In this document: in pieces, positions 16,938 to 26,522 of the stretch
Layout: each line of letters starts with the position of its first letter
Numbering within the stretch: the first letter of the stretch is position 1
Assembly (NCBI GenBank): GCA_964488535.1
Contig: CAZAUT010000004.1
Span: forward strand, 3,409-67,408
DNA from: an uncultured Gammaproteobacteria bacterium
GTDB lineage: Bacteria > Patescibacteriota > Microgenomatia > UBA8517
Direction of reading: 5' to 3'
DNA length: 64,000 nucleotides
The notes under the pieces: model-generated
What the model was told of the DNA's origin: nothing
The model's database searches: none
Seen by the model: the letters and a program-made list of their open reading frames with translations, nothing else
Position numbers and translations under genes: made by a program

Positions 16938-19900
16938 CCGTGTTACAGAATAACTTATACTCACAATTTTTACAAAGCATGTTGCCGGAGCATTTGAAAT
17001 CGCTTCCCTCAATTTGCTTTTTATAATCCAATATTTCTGCTTTTGCTTTTTCGATTTGTTCATAGGTCCTTGTTGTTGTAACAATTTTTGGCGTGTCAAA
17101 GTAATATAACGAAAGTTTAATATGATCCGGTTTTTGGTTAAAAGGATATTCGGGAATCGTCGACGCTGCCATTGCATAAATACACAGCTGCAAATCGGTG
17201 TCTGCTTCTTTTTGTGAAATCGGATTCGCGCCGGTTTTATAATCAATAATATGAATTCCGTTTCCGTCTTTATCTACCCTATCGATTTTCCCACCTACTT
17301 TTAATCCGGATAAATTTACAATAAACGGCTGTTCTGTTTGAATCGGCAATATTTTGGGGTTAAAAAGATTTTCAAGATAGTGTTTCAGAAACTTTTTAAT
17401 TTTCTCATAAGATCGTGTTTCATGAGCTTTACTTGTATATCCGTCTGATATCCATTTTTCTTCCAAAATTTTGTGCATCAACTCAAGTGTCGGCTTTTCC
17501 CCCGCTTTTACATCATCGTAAAACTTCTTCATAACTTGATGAAATGTGTTTCCAAAGCTTTGTGATGAGGTTGGGGGGGTCGGAAGTTTATAAATATAAT
17601 GCAACTTATAATGAAGCGGGCATATTCGGAAGGTCTCAATTTGAGAATAAGAAAGAAAATCTACATGAATAGGTAGGTGGTGGTTGGTTGTTGGTAGTTG
17701 GGACGGCTCGGTAGGCTCGTAATCCATGAAGCTAAGTTGTTCGCTCCGTTCTACATTCTTCATACTACCTTCTACACTTGTTCCAAGCGCTTCCCCCACA
17801 AACGGCGAAAGTTTCTTCTCCCTTTTTCCTTCTCCGTAATAATCAGCTGCGGTTAAATAAAGCCGCTCTTTTGCCCGAGTCATTCCGACATAAAAAAGCC
17901 GTCTTTCCTCCTGAATGTGATAGTCACCTTTCGGCAAGACTTCCTTGATAAGTTCGTCAGGGATAGGGATCTGCTCTCTTCTTTCGGTTGTGGGAAATCT
18001 TTGTCCTACAAGATTGATGAGAAATACGACTGGAAATTCTAAACCCTTGGAAGAATGAACCGTCAATATGTTTACTGCATTGACATCTCCCCAATCAGTG
18101 TCAGATGCCAGGGGTGACTCACCAAGTTCACTTGCAAGGTCTATCCAGTCAACAACGGCACGAACAGTTGCGTCTTCGTGTTCAACCTCGTAAGTTTTCA
18201 GTTTGTCAAAAAACTTGGAAATGTTTTTTGCCCGTCTTTCCGCCAGCGGTGTATCGGGGGAAAGAAGTTTTAAAATAAGCCCCGTGTCGTTTAGAAAATT
18301 ATAAAGAAGCTGTCCCGCCGGTTCTTTGTTTATTAATTTTTGTTGATCGCTGATTACTTTTAATAACTTGTTTAATTTTTCTCTTGTTTCGTCCGAAACG
18401 AAAATGTCGTTATTCTTTTCCAATGCCTCGAAAAGTGATAGATTTTTATACTTTGCGTAATTTGTTATCTTGATTAAATCTCGGGCGGGAATATCAAAAT
18501 ATTCTATTGAAAGTAAACGATACATCGACACCGAATCGTCAAAGTCATACAGAACTTTAAGGAATGAAATGAGATCCACTATTTCAGGCTGTTTGAAAAG
18601 CCGTCCGGGACCCAAGAATTGGTAAGGAATTCCGTGTCTGGACATGGCGCGCATGAAGGGCTCGGCGTGGTTATTGGCACGAACCAATATCGCGATGTCG
18701 CGATAATTTAGTTGATTAGTCAATTGAGTTAATTGGTTGATTGAGTTTTTTTCTTGTTTTCCTTGGTCAACTCTGTCAACTGGACTAACTAGTTCACTTA
18801 CTGTTTTTGCCACTGCTTCCGCTTCGTTTTCAACCCGGTCAAGATGTAAAAATTTAACCCGTTCATCAACTACGTCCGAATATTTAACTTGTGAAACCAA
18901 TTTCTTATTGATCTTTTCAACCACTTCCAACCGGTCAGGATTATTGTACTGGATCAACTTATATGACTTATCCAATATTTCCTGATCCGAACGGTAGTTT
19001 TTGGTTAATGTAATAACTTTTGCTTTCGGATAGTATTTTCGAAAGTACAAAGCATTAGAAACTGCAGCCCCACGGAAGCGATAAATGCTTTGGTCATCAT
19101 CTAAAACGACAGTAATATTTCCCTCCGGGGTCGGAGACCCCTCTTTCCGAGTCAGAGACTTCTCCAAGTCGGCGACCAGGTCGGAGACCTCTTTTCCCGC
19201 CAGCAATTTCACTAATTCGTTTTGCGAAATGTTGGTGTCCTGAAACTCATCAACCAAAATATATTTGAATTTATTTTGATATTCTTTCAGCACATTCGGG
19301 CGCTTACGAAATAGTTCCAAAGTTTTTACAATCAGATCCCCAAAATCCATCACCCCTTCTTTGGTTTTCAATTCATCATATGTTTTATACGCTCCCGCCA
19401 ACTCCTTCCATTTTTGCAGTTCAATCTCTTCATCCTTCGCCTCGCCGAAGTCCCGCTCGGTGGGACGAAGGCGGGGTTTTTCTTTTTTAATTTTTGACTT
19501 TTCATTTTGATTTTTGCTTGCCCCTCGAAGCCCTGCTGAGCGGGGCGAAGTGGGGAGTTTTAAGTTTACCCAATCAAGGTATTGATTGGGTAAAATATCC
19601 TCATCCTGCAACCTTGAAAAATGAGTCAGCATCCCGTCAATAAATTTCGTAGGGTTTCCTAAAGGACGGAAATATTCAAGTTCAAATTTGAAAAGATTTT
19701 TTCTGAAAAACTGGATCGATTCGGCTTGGGTGTTTAACTTGTATTTCGGATTAAGTCCGATATGAACTGCTTCGTTTTTTAAAATTCTATCGCAAAAGGA
19801 GTGAAAGGTGGAAATCCACATTTGCGTGTACCCCAAAGGAAGTGCAACATCAATTCGCTCCTGCATTTCGGCAGCTGCTTTTTCGGTGAAAGTCAGAGCC

Positions 19901-20064
19901 AAAATTTCCGGCGGCTTGGCAAGTTTTTTTTCAATCAGAAATTTTACCCGCTCGGTAATGACCGTCGTCTTCCCCGTCCCGGCACCTGCAATAATCATTA
20001 AGGGACCATTTTTATATTCAACTGCTTTCTTTTGTTCCTCGTTTAACTTTCTATCACCCGACAT
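16927..20064 (-). CDS. UvrD-family SF1 helicase fused to a C-terminal PD-(D/E)XK (Cas4/AddB-like, Cys-cluster) nuclease; AddA/RecB-like
   Basis: 1045 aa. Helicase motifs AGAGTGKT, TFTEKAAAEM, VDEFQDTN, GDDDQSIYRFRGA, IAILVRAN, TVHSSKGLEF and GMTRAKERLYL. The C-terminus has IIDYKTG plus CSGNMLCKNCEYKLFC (nuclease with 4-Cys cluster). It contains several in-frame GC-rich repeat insertions. Confidence 0.75.
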   Translation of the reverse strand: MSGDRKLNEEQKKAVEYKNGPLMIIAGAGTGKTTVITERVKFLIEKKLAKPPEILALTFTEKAAAEMQERIDVALPLGYTQMWISTFHSFCDRILKNEAVHIGLNPKYKLNTQAESIQFFRKNLFKFELEYFRPLGNPTKFIDGMLTHFSRLQDEDILPNQYLDWVNLKLPTSPRSAGLRGASKNQNEKSKIKKEKPRLRPTERDFGEAKDEEIELQKWKELAGAYKTYDELKTKEGVMDFGDLIVKTLELFRKRPNVLKEYQNKFKYILVDEFQDTNISQNELVKLLAGKEVSDLVADLEKSLTRKEGSPTPEGNITVVLDDDQSIYRFRGAAVSNALYFRKYYPKAKVITLTKNYRSDQEILDKSYKLIQYNNPDRLEVVEKINKKLVSQVKYSDVVDERVKFLHLDRVENEAEAVAKTVSELVSPVDRVDQGKQEKNSINQLTQLTNQLNYRDIAILVRANNHAEPFMRAMSRHGIPYQFLGPGRLFKQPEIVDLISFLKVLYDFDDSVSMYRLLSIEYFDIPARDLIKITNYAKYKNLSLFEALEKNNDIFVSDETREKLNKLLKVISDQQKLINKEPAGQLLYNFLNDTGLILKLLSPDTPLAERRAKNISKFFDKLKTYEVEHEDATVRAVVDWIDLASELGESPLASDTDWGDVNAVNILTVHSSKGLEFPVVFLINLVGQRFPTTERREQIPIPDELIKEVLPKGDYHIQEERRLFYVGMTRAKERLYLTAADYYGEGKREKKLSPFVGEALGTSVEGSMKNVERSEQLSFMDYEPTEPSQLPTTNHHLPIHVDFLSYSQIETFRICPLHYKLHYIYKLPTPPTSSQSFGNTFHQVMKKFYDDVKAGEKPTLELMHKILEEKWISDGYTSKAHETRSYEKIKKFLKHYLENLFNPKILPIQTEQPFIVNLSGLKVGGKIDRVDKDGNGIHIIDYKTGANPISQKEADTDLQLCIYAMAASTIPEYPFNQKPDHIKLSLYYFDTPKIVTTTRTYEQIEKAKAEILDYKKQIEGSDFKCSGNMLCKNCEYKLFCNTDEN

Positions 20065-20118
20065 ATTTTTCCAATTTTAACACGATACTCGCAAGAATGT
20101 GTCCCAAGAAGCGCTTAA

Positions 20119-20691
20119 TTATTTTTTGTAGCTTAATAACAATTTCGTTAGTATTTTATTCTTTTTCTTGTATCCATACTCTATTAATTTTTTCGCACTG
20201 TTAATTTTCAACTTTTTAAATCTCTTGTCCAAATACTCCAAATCCCATTTAATTGCATCAGGAACTTTCGTACCTTTCGCTCCGGCTATCATAAATGAAC
20301 GAATTAAACCAAGATCCGAAAATGCAGCCATTTCGTCGGCAGTATTAATAATTATTTCGTCTTCCGGTTTCGCCGGTCTGTTTATGCTTTCTATTAACCT
20401 CCCAACATCTTCAATCTTATCTTTCGGAAATTCTTTCATTTTTGAAAGAATACTTTTAGTAATTTTTGCCCCGTCTTTTCCCTCCCTTTCATTATCGGAA
20501 TAATTTGATGCGTCATGAAATAGGGCAGCAGCAAATAAAACATCCGTATCGTGCCTTTTTTCTTGCCCTGAAATTAGAAGTTTTACATTCTCCAAAACCT
20601 CCAATGCGTGGCCGTAGCAATGAAAGCGTGTGTTTCCCTGAAGTATTTCCTTCGCCTTTTTCTTTAATACTTCCTCCAATATCTTATCCAT
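20119..20691 (-). CDS. HD-domain phosphohydrolase
   Basis: HD motif region FHCYGHALEV...LFAAALFHDASN. Confidence 0.6.
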   Translation of the reverse strand: MDKILEEVLKKKAKEILQGNTRFHCYGHALEVLENVKLLISGQEKRHDTDVLFAAALFHDASNYSDNEREGKDGAKITKSILSKMKEFPKDKIEDVGRLIESINRPAKPEDEIIINTADEMAAFSDLGLIRSFMIAGAKGTKVPDAIKWDLEYLDKRFKKLKINSAKKLIEYGYKKKNKILTKLLLSYKK

Positions 20692-20731
20692 GTTTAAATT
20701 AATTTATTGTTAATTTATCAACCTTACTTTA

Positions 20732-20755
20732 GTGCCGTAGTATAGACTACGGCAC
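20732..20755. repeat. perfect 24-nt palindrome GTGCCGTAGTATAGACTACGGCAC (REP/terminator-like), copy 1
   Basis: 10-bp stem with 4-nt loop. Identical or near-identical copies occur at 21330-21353 and 33615-38, with a split copy at 21871-21973. Confidence 0.7.
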
Positions 20756-20771
20756 CGTGTTATATTTATAT

Positions 20772-21311
20772 TCAAATATTTCCCAATACCTTTTTATATA
20801 TCTTATATCCATTCATTTCATCTTTATATTTTATCCCGTCAAAATACTTATCTTTTAAACGCAATATTTCCAACTTGGCGGATTGTTTCTTTCGCAAAAG
20901 TGCAGATACTACATTGGTCATTCTAATTGACTCTATATTTATATCAGATGTATACCATACATCAAATTTCCACCGATATTTCTTACTGTAATAAACCAAC
21001 TCCCAATAAAATCCTCTCATCTTATTTGGAGGGTCGTGTTCAGTCCAATCGACAAATCCTACAGTTTGAAAATAACCTGAATCTAAAAATTGCTTTGTTG
21101 TTACAATCGCGTTTTCCTTTGTGCAGGTTTCACTTTGGACAAAAACGTCAATGTCGGGACGATAAAGCAAGTCAAGCGCATAACTTCCCACACAAGTAAC
21201 GTTGCCCAAGCTTTTTAATATAGAGTATATTTTCGTTTGGGTAATTACGTAATCAGCGTCCTTTCGCAAGTCCTCGGATCTTTTAAGTAATTCTTGTGTA
21301 GAAAGTGTCAT
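20772..21311 (-). CDS. nucleotidyltransferase (Pol-beta superfamily minimal NTase) domain protein
   Basis: VGSYALDLLYRPDIDVFV matches the GS-x9-13-DxD NTase signature. It is flanked on both sides by the 24-nt palindrome. Confidence 0.5.
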   Translation of the reverse strand: MTLSTQELLKRSEDLRKDADYVITQTKIYSILKSLGNVTCVGSYALDLLYRPDIDVFVQSETCTKENAIVTTKQFLDSGYFQTVGFVDWTEHDPPNKMRGFYWELVYYSKKYRWKFDVWYTSDINIESIRMTNVVSALLRKKQSAKLEILRLKDKYFDGIKYKDEMNGYKIYKKVLGNI

Positions 21312-21329
21312 TTTAATATATTGTGTTTA

Positions 21330-21353
21330 GTGCCGTAGTATAGACTACGGCAC
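21330..21353. repeat. 24-nt palindrome copy 2
   Basis: Exact GTGCCGTAGTATAGACTACGGCAC. Confidence 0.7.
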
Positions 21354-21375
21354 TAAGATTTATAAATATTATTTC

Positions 21376-21786
21376 CTATCTTATTACATCCTTGCGTTTA
21401 AAACCGGTGTATTCTTTTTTCTTAAAAATCATTTTTGCTCCGCCTGTTTTTCTATAAGCTCTTTTCTTGTATTCATAATCAATCTTCTCTTCTCTTTTGC
21501 CTATCAACTGAAAACAAAGCGGGTTGTCTTTCAGAGATTTTTCTACCGTCACAACAGTATGTTTTCCTACTTTCAAAATATCCATAATCTCATCGTAGGT
21601 AAGACCTTCATCCAAAGCCCCCGCAATCAAAATTCTTCTACCGATCTTCATTCTTTCGTCTGAAGTTAATATCCCATTTATTATTTCCTCAACTTCATTC
21701 CCGTCTTTTGCTGCCAAAAAAGCAGAACGGAGTTTGTTGAGTGCCTCAAAAATATCTTCTTTGGTTAAGAACTTGTACCTTCTCAT
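21376..21786 (-). CDS. small HTH protein, TrpR/YerC-like
   Basis: 136 aa. Central ...SDERMKIGRRILIAGALDEGLTYDEIMDILKVGKHTVVTV resembles the TrpR-type HTH fold. Weak call. Confidence 0.3.
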   Translation of the reverse strand: MRRYKFLTKEDIFEALNKLRSAFLAAKDGNEVEEIINGILTSDERMKIGRRILIAGALDEGLTYDEIMDILKVGKHTVVTVEKSLKDNPLCFQLIGKREEKIDYEYKKRAYRKTGGAKMIFKKKEYTGFKRKDVIR

Positions 21787-21870
21787 GCTTTTCCTTTTAA
21801 GGAAACTATTTTAAGTATAATTGTTTTTAAATTGTAGCAATATTATGCAATTTTATCTTACACAATTCCG

Positions 21871-21973
21871 GTGCCGTAGTCTCTAACCGATTTCAAAACA
21901 GCGAGTTAATTATTTAACGAACTAAGTTTTGAATTTGGTTATACAAATTGCATTAATTTCTATACTACGGCAC
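21871..21973. repeat. split copy of the palindromic element (GTGCCGTAGTCT | 77-nt insert | ATACTACGGCAC)
   Basis: The two half-sites match the 33615-type variant and are separated by a 77-nt AT-rich insert. Confidence 0.5.
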
Positions 21974-22069
21974 TAAAATAATACCTTTATTATTTTTGAA
22001 ACGAAATGGAAACATCTAAAGTTTCGTAATATAAATATATTTTTAAAATATATATTTAATAATTGAGGT

Positions 22070-23449
22070 TTATTTGTTCACAACTATCGTCTTAATTTGG
22101 CAAAATTCCTGCATCCCAATTTTACCGTATTCGCGCCCCATTCCCGAATTTTTATACCCCCCAAAGGGACACTCCGGTTTAAAAAAGTTGTCGGTGTTAA
22201 CCGCAACAACACCCGCCTGAATTTCTTTTGCAATTCTTTCACCCTTTTTTAAATCTCTTGTGTATATCTCTGCCGATAATCCATACTCTGTCTTATTCGC
22301 GTAATATATTGCTTCTTCCTCATTTTCAAAAGGCATGATCGAAATAACGGGACCGAAAACTTCCTCTTTCATCACCTTCATGTCAAAATTCACGTTTGTC
22401 AAAATTGTCGGTTCGAAATAATTTCCTTTTGATAGATCTTTATGGGCAGGACGTTTACCTCCGATTAAAACGTTCGCTCCCTTTGTAGTTGCATCTTTAA
22501 CCTGCGACTCCAAGGTGTCCAGTTGTTTTCTGTTAACTAACGGTCCTATTTGCGTTTGCTCGTCTATCGGATTTCCAAGTATGGCTTCTTTTACCTTTAC
22601 GGCAAACACTTTCAAAAATTTATCAAGCAATGGTTTTTCTACAAATAACCTTTTAATTGCCGTACAAACCTGTCCGCAATTTAAATATCTTGCCCAAAAT
22701 AAATTGTCTGCAGCGTTTTTAATGTCAGCATCGGCAAACACAATACCCGGACTACTTCCTCCCATTTCAAGAATACTTTTTATAAGTTTCTTTCCCGACT
22801 TTTCAAATATCTCCTGGCCTACCTTTGTGCTGCCGGTAAACCATACCAAATCAATCGATTGTTCAATCAACGCGGCTCCCACATCACCTGCGCCGACAAT
22901 TATATTAACCACCCCTTTCGGAATACCTGTTTGATTTAATAAATCCATGGCATATTTTTGAGAAAGGGTAGTATATTCTGAAGGTTTAACTACCGCTGTG
23001 TTTCCGGCAATTAACGCAGGAATAGCGCCTGAATTGACCATAGATAATGGGAAATTCCAAGGAGCAACAACGGCGCACACTCCATACGGTTCATAAGCAA
23101 TTTTGTAATGTTCATTCTTGTTTTTTAACAAATCTTCACCTGCCAAATGATTCGTAGCGTTTTTTATGTAATAATCCAAAAACGGTAATTCCCACGTTAC
23201 ATCGTCCAATGCCTGACCAATCGGCTTTCCCATTTCCAATGTAATCAAGCGAGCCAATTTATTTTTATTTTTATCCAAAAGCGCTCGGTATTTTTTTACA
23301 AAACTCACTCTCTCGTCCAGTGAGAGATGTTTCCATTTTGGATATGTTTTCCTGGCTGTCTCAACAGCTTTAACCACTTCTTTCTTTGTTGATATGTTTG
23401 TCATGCCAACAACCGATTGGTCATGAGGGTTAATGGATTTTAATTTCAT
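22070..23449 (-). CDS. NAD(P)-dependent aldehyde dehydrogenase family protein
   Basis: ALDH Cys active-site region CGQVCTAIKRLFV, Glu site EMGGSSP and FTGSTKVGQEI. Confidence 0.85.
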   Translation of the reverse strand: MKLKSINPHDQSVVGMTNISTKKEVVKAVETARKTYPKWKHLSLDERVSFVKKYRALLDKNKNKLARLITLEMGKPIGQALDDVTWELPFLDYYIKNATNHLAGEDLLKNKNEHYKIAYEPYGVCAVVAPWNFPLSMVNSGAIPALIAGNTAVVKPSEYTTLSQKYAMDLLNQTGIPKGVVNIIVGAGDVGAALIEQSIDLVWFTGSTKVGQEIFEKSGKKLIKSILEMGGSSPGIVFADADIKNAADNLFWARYLNCGQVCTAIKRLFVEKPLLDKFLKVFAVKVKEAILGNPIDEQTQIGPLVNRKQLDTLESQVKDATTKGANVLIGGKRPAHKDLSKGNYFEPTILTNVNFDMKVMKEEVFGPVISIMPFENEEEAIYYANKTEYGLSAEIYTRDLKKGERIAKEIQAGVVAVNTDNFFKPECPFGGYKNSGMGREYGKIGMQEFCQIKTIVVNK

Positions 23450-23474
23450 AATTACGTTTAATATAAATTATATT

Positions 23475-24101
23475 TTACTTTCCCCAAAGTTGTTCAGTAA
23501 TCAATTTGACCAGTAGAGGAAATTTCTTGTATTGTTGATTAAATTTAACAGAACCCATGTGACCTTCTTCGTTGATAATTAATGTTCCACCAAGTTTGTC
23601 AAACATTTTTCTACCTTGTCGGTCATTGCAACCCCAAGGGTCGTTAGCCGCATTGATAAAAACAAACTGTTTGCAATTGGCTTTTATCTTTTTCCAATCA
23701 TATTTGTCTTGTAAGAAGTTTTCTTGCCAATTGTTTATAGATTTGTCGTTGGTTGATGGTTCTATTAATCCCGCCACCATTATCGCCAGTTTAATTTTAA
23801 CTTTTATATTTTCAAGAGTACTTAATATAAAAGGCACTCCTGCCGAATGCCCAACCATTACGGTTTCTTTATTAAATTCTCCGTTTTTTAAAACATATGG
23901 TAATGTATTTTTAAGATTTGGGTTGTCATTGTCAGGCAACTGCGGCAACCAAACAGAGTACCCCCCCCGCTCGAGCTCTTTTTTCAAATAGGGTAACCAG
24001 AACGAACTTTGTGTCTCACCTGCGCCTTGTAAAATAATGGCGTTTTTCATTATTTGGAGTGTATCAAATGTTTGACTAATAATCCCATGTAAAAAATACA
24101 A
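23475..24101 (-). CDS. alpha/beta serine hydrolase (YdeN/RBBP9-like)
   Basis: GHSAG nucleophile elbow. The real start is probably the internal MKNAIILQGAG (about 24050). Confidence 0.5.
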   Translation of the reverse strand: MYFLHGIISQTFDTLQIMKNAIILQGAGETQSSFWLPYLKKELERGGYSVWLPQLPDNDNPNLKNTLPYVLKNGEFNKETVMVGHSAGVPFILSTLENIKVKIKLAIMVAGLIEPSTNDKSINNWQENFLQDKYDWKKIKANCKQFVFINAANDPWGCNDRQGRKMFDKLGGTLIINEEGHMGSVKFNQQYKKFPLLVKLITEQLWGK

Positions 24102-24115
24102 AATTCATATTTAAA

Positions 24116-24907
24116 TTATTTTGCTTTGACAAAACAATATCCCGAGGAAATTGTTTTATATCCAATTTTAGAATAAAACGTTTCGTTTTTAGAGTGCAAT
24201 TCTGTTGCCAAAAATGTTATTGTATTACCACTTTCAACAGATTCCTTTGTAAGAAACAAAGAAATTAATTTTCCAAAACCCACACCACGCATTTTGGGTA
24301 CACTAGTAATTCCAGCTAAATAACCAACTTTATTTTGCCTCAATAAAATTCCACACGCGACAAAATCTCCTTTATAGTTTACTAAATACGCTTCAATTCT
24401 GTCGTTCAAAGACGGATTGTTAAGCGCGTCTTCCCTAGCTTTCAAAAAACCCTCACTTGACCAACCGCCATATGGATTATCGTCTGATTTCTCACCTGAA
24501 TACCCTTCATTAAAAGTCTTGGAAAATTTACCCATCAAACTTTTATTCTTTCCCACTTTTACAATACGGGTGTTTTCTAGAAGAACTACTTCAGAAACGC
24601 TTCCTTCATGTAACATCCAACAATCCGAAAAGCTAATTTTGTACCCATGTTTATTGAGTATTTGTGCGATATCTATGTTCGGTTTTTTATCAGGAAAATA
24701 CAATGCTGGAACCCTTTTTCTACCCAACATAACCTTCTCAATTTCCTGTAAATTTATATCAAAGTTGTTACGCTTAATTATTAATGCATGATTATTATAT
24801 TCATCAATTATGTAATTGGATAAATAAACATATCCCCACCCAATATCAATTTTTTCTTGAAAAAAGATGTCCATATTTAATTGATAAAAATATTTAACTA
24901 AATTCAT
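24116..24907 (-). CDS. GNAT-family N-acetyltransferase
   Basis: C-terminal acetyl-CoA binding motif MRGVGFGKLI. Confidence 0.5.
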   Translation of the reverse strand: MNLVKYFYQLNMDIFFQEKIDIGWGYVYLSNYIIDEYNNHALIIKRNNFDINLQEIEKVMLGRKRVPALYFPDKKPNIDIAQILNKHGYKISFSDCWMLHEGSVSEVVLLENTRIVKVGKNKSLMGKFSKTFNEGYSGEKSDDNPYGGWSSEGFLKAREDALNNPSLNDRIEAYLVNYKGDFVACGILLRQNKVGYLAGITSVPKMRGVGFGKLISLFLTKESVESGNTITFLATELHSKNETFYSKIGYKTISSGYCFVKAK

Positions 24908-24991
24908 ATTTTAATATATTAAATGTTGTGGGACTTTCCAAAGTACCATGTAAAATTATAAAGTTCGCGATACGGAGATCCTGAAATAAAT

Positions 24992-25954
24992 TCAGGATGA
25001 CAATATTTTTGTTTCTTTTTCGCTTTTTCCTTCTAAATTTCTGGTTGAGGAGATTTTTTGGCCGAGTGCGGTAAAAACGGATAAAACGTCGCTCATCATA
25101 TTGTGGGCATTGGTTAGGTGTTTTTGCAAAACCGATAAGCCCCCGCCGACTTTTTCATAATCCTTCTGAATTGCCCGAAGGGAAGAGAGAATTTCTTTTG
25201 CCTGTTTTTCAATTTTCTGTCCTTCAAAACTCATAAGTATCGCTTTCATATATGCATAAAAAGTGGTGGGGGAGACGGGGAGTACTCTTTTTGCTCCGGC
25301 ATAGTCAAAAAGTGTTTGGTTATTCACTACTTCGTAGTAAACCGCCTCGCTTGGAATATACATCAGCGCATAATCAATTGTCCCTTCCTCGGTCAAAATA
25401 TATTTTCTACCTATATCGTCAATGTGTTTTTTGACATCCGACTCAAACAACTTGTTGTATGACTTTCTTTCCTCGTCGTTTTCGGCTTTGCTTATTTTCC
25501 TGAAATTCTCCATCGGAAATTTTGAATCAACAGGGATAATTCCGGCTGAAGTTTTGATGGCTGCATCAACTTTCTCCCCGCTTTTGAATATATACTGCAG
25601 ATTAAAGGATTCTTTGGGTAAGTACTGTTTTAAAAGTTCGTTCAAAACCTGTTCTCCAATATTTCCCCGCAATTTTGGGTTTTTCAAAAAGTCCTGAAGC
25701 TCGCGCATTCCCCGCCCGATCTCGCTCATCTCCCCAATATTTTTCTGGACACTTCCTATCACTCTTGCTGCGTTATCAAGACGTTCGTTAAAAGCCTTTC
25801 CCTGAGCGTCAAGGCGGGTATTGGTGGTTTTCAGATATTCCAAAATTTCCGAAGATGGTCTTTGTTTATCTGCAAGATCATTGAGGCGTTTGTTTATAAA
25901 AAACAAGACAGTAATGAAGCCAACGATAATTAGTAATATATAAAATAATTCCAT
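24992..25954 (-). CDS. rmuC: DNA recombination protein RmuC-family
   Basis: N-terminal transmembrane segment plus coiled-coil and conserved C-terminal RmuC core (...FDYAGAKRVLPVSPTTFYAYMKAI...). Confidence 0.65.
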   Translation of the reverse strand: MELFYILLIIVGFITVLFFINKRLNDLADKQRPSSEILEYLKTTNTRLDAQGKAFNERLDNAARVIGSVQKNIGEMSEIGRGMRELQDFLKNPKLRGNIGEQVLNELLKQYLPKESFNLQYIFKSGEKVDAAIKTSAGIIPVDSKFPMENFRKISKAENDEERKSYNKLFESDVKKHIDDIGRKYILTEEGTIDYALMYIPSEAVYYEVVNNQTLFDYAGAKRVLPVSPTTFYAYMKAILMSFEGQKIEKQAKEILSSLRAIQKDYEKVGGGLSVLQKHLTNAHNMMSDVLSVFTALGQKISSTRNLEGKSEKETKILSS

Positions 25955-26084
25955 AATATAATGCTAATCTACCAATAATTACTAATTCAACGAATACCTA
26001 CTAATCTTATATCATATTATTGGCAGGTATAAGTAGCATTGATTCAAATTCGTAGATTGGCATTTTATATATTAAAATAAACAG

Positions 26085-26435
26085 ATGAGGCGGCAAAAAA
26101 TCGCTAAGCGACAAAAAGAGGTAAAGTTGCGCAAAAATATCCTTCCGTCTGCAGTTATCACGATTCTTCTGTGGATAGCAGTTGCCACAATAGTATTTTT
26201 TGTTGACCCCAGCAAAACAGGTGCCGTTGTTGTTTTTATTACTACACTCTTTTTTACTCTATTTTTTACTCTATCAATATTATTTGTCAGTTCAAAAAGA
26301 GGGTTAATTGCAGCGTCGGGGTTAGGAATATTTATAATATTGCGATACTTTGGACTTGGAAATATTTTAAACTTTTTTCTTATTGCAGGGATTTGTATTG
26401 CCGTCGGGATATATACAGATAAGAAGAATGTATGA
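26085..26435 (+). CDS. hypothetical small membrane protein (3 transmembrane segments)
   Basis: ORF plus hydrophobicity only. Confidence 0.35.
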   Translation: MRRQKIAKRQKEVKLRKNILPSAVITILLWIAVATIVFFVDPSKTGAVVVFITTLFFTLFFTLSILFVSSKRGLIAASGLGIFIILRYFGLGNILNFFLIAGICIAVGIYTDKKNV

Positions 26436-26512
26436 AGTATGAAGTATGAAGTATGAAGTATGAAGTATAACGTATTAAGTATAACGTATTAAGTATAATG
26501 TATAAGATACGC
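26434..26512. repeat. tandem repeats (GTATGAA)x4 then (GTATAACGTATTAA)x2
   Basis: Direct reading of the sequence. It lies immediately upstream of the GT87-like gene. Confidence 0.8.
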
Positions 26513-26522
26513 AGGAAGAACA

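Noticed and set aside
20732-21973. Integron attC-like sites bracketing gene cassettes
   Set aside because: The palindromes are short (24 nt), perfect, and lack the R''/L''/L'/R' attC architecture. There is no intI integrase or attI nearby. A REP/terminator-like element is more parsimonious.
26434-26512. Possible CRISPR array suggested by tandem repeats (also at 35262-35440, 45028-45062, 58661-58700, 56278-56340)
   Set aside because: Units are 7-14 nt with no unique spacers of 25-40 nt, and there are no cas genes. These are simple AT-rich microsatellite or tandem repeats in promoter or terminator regions.
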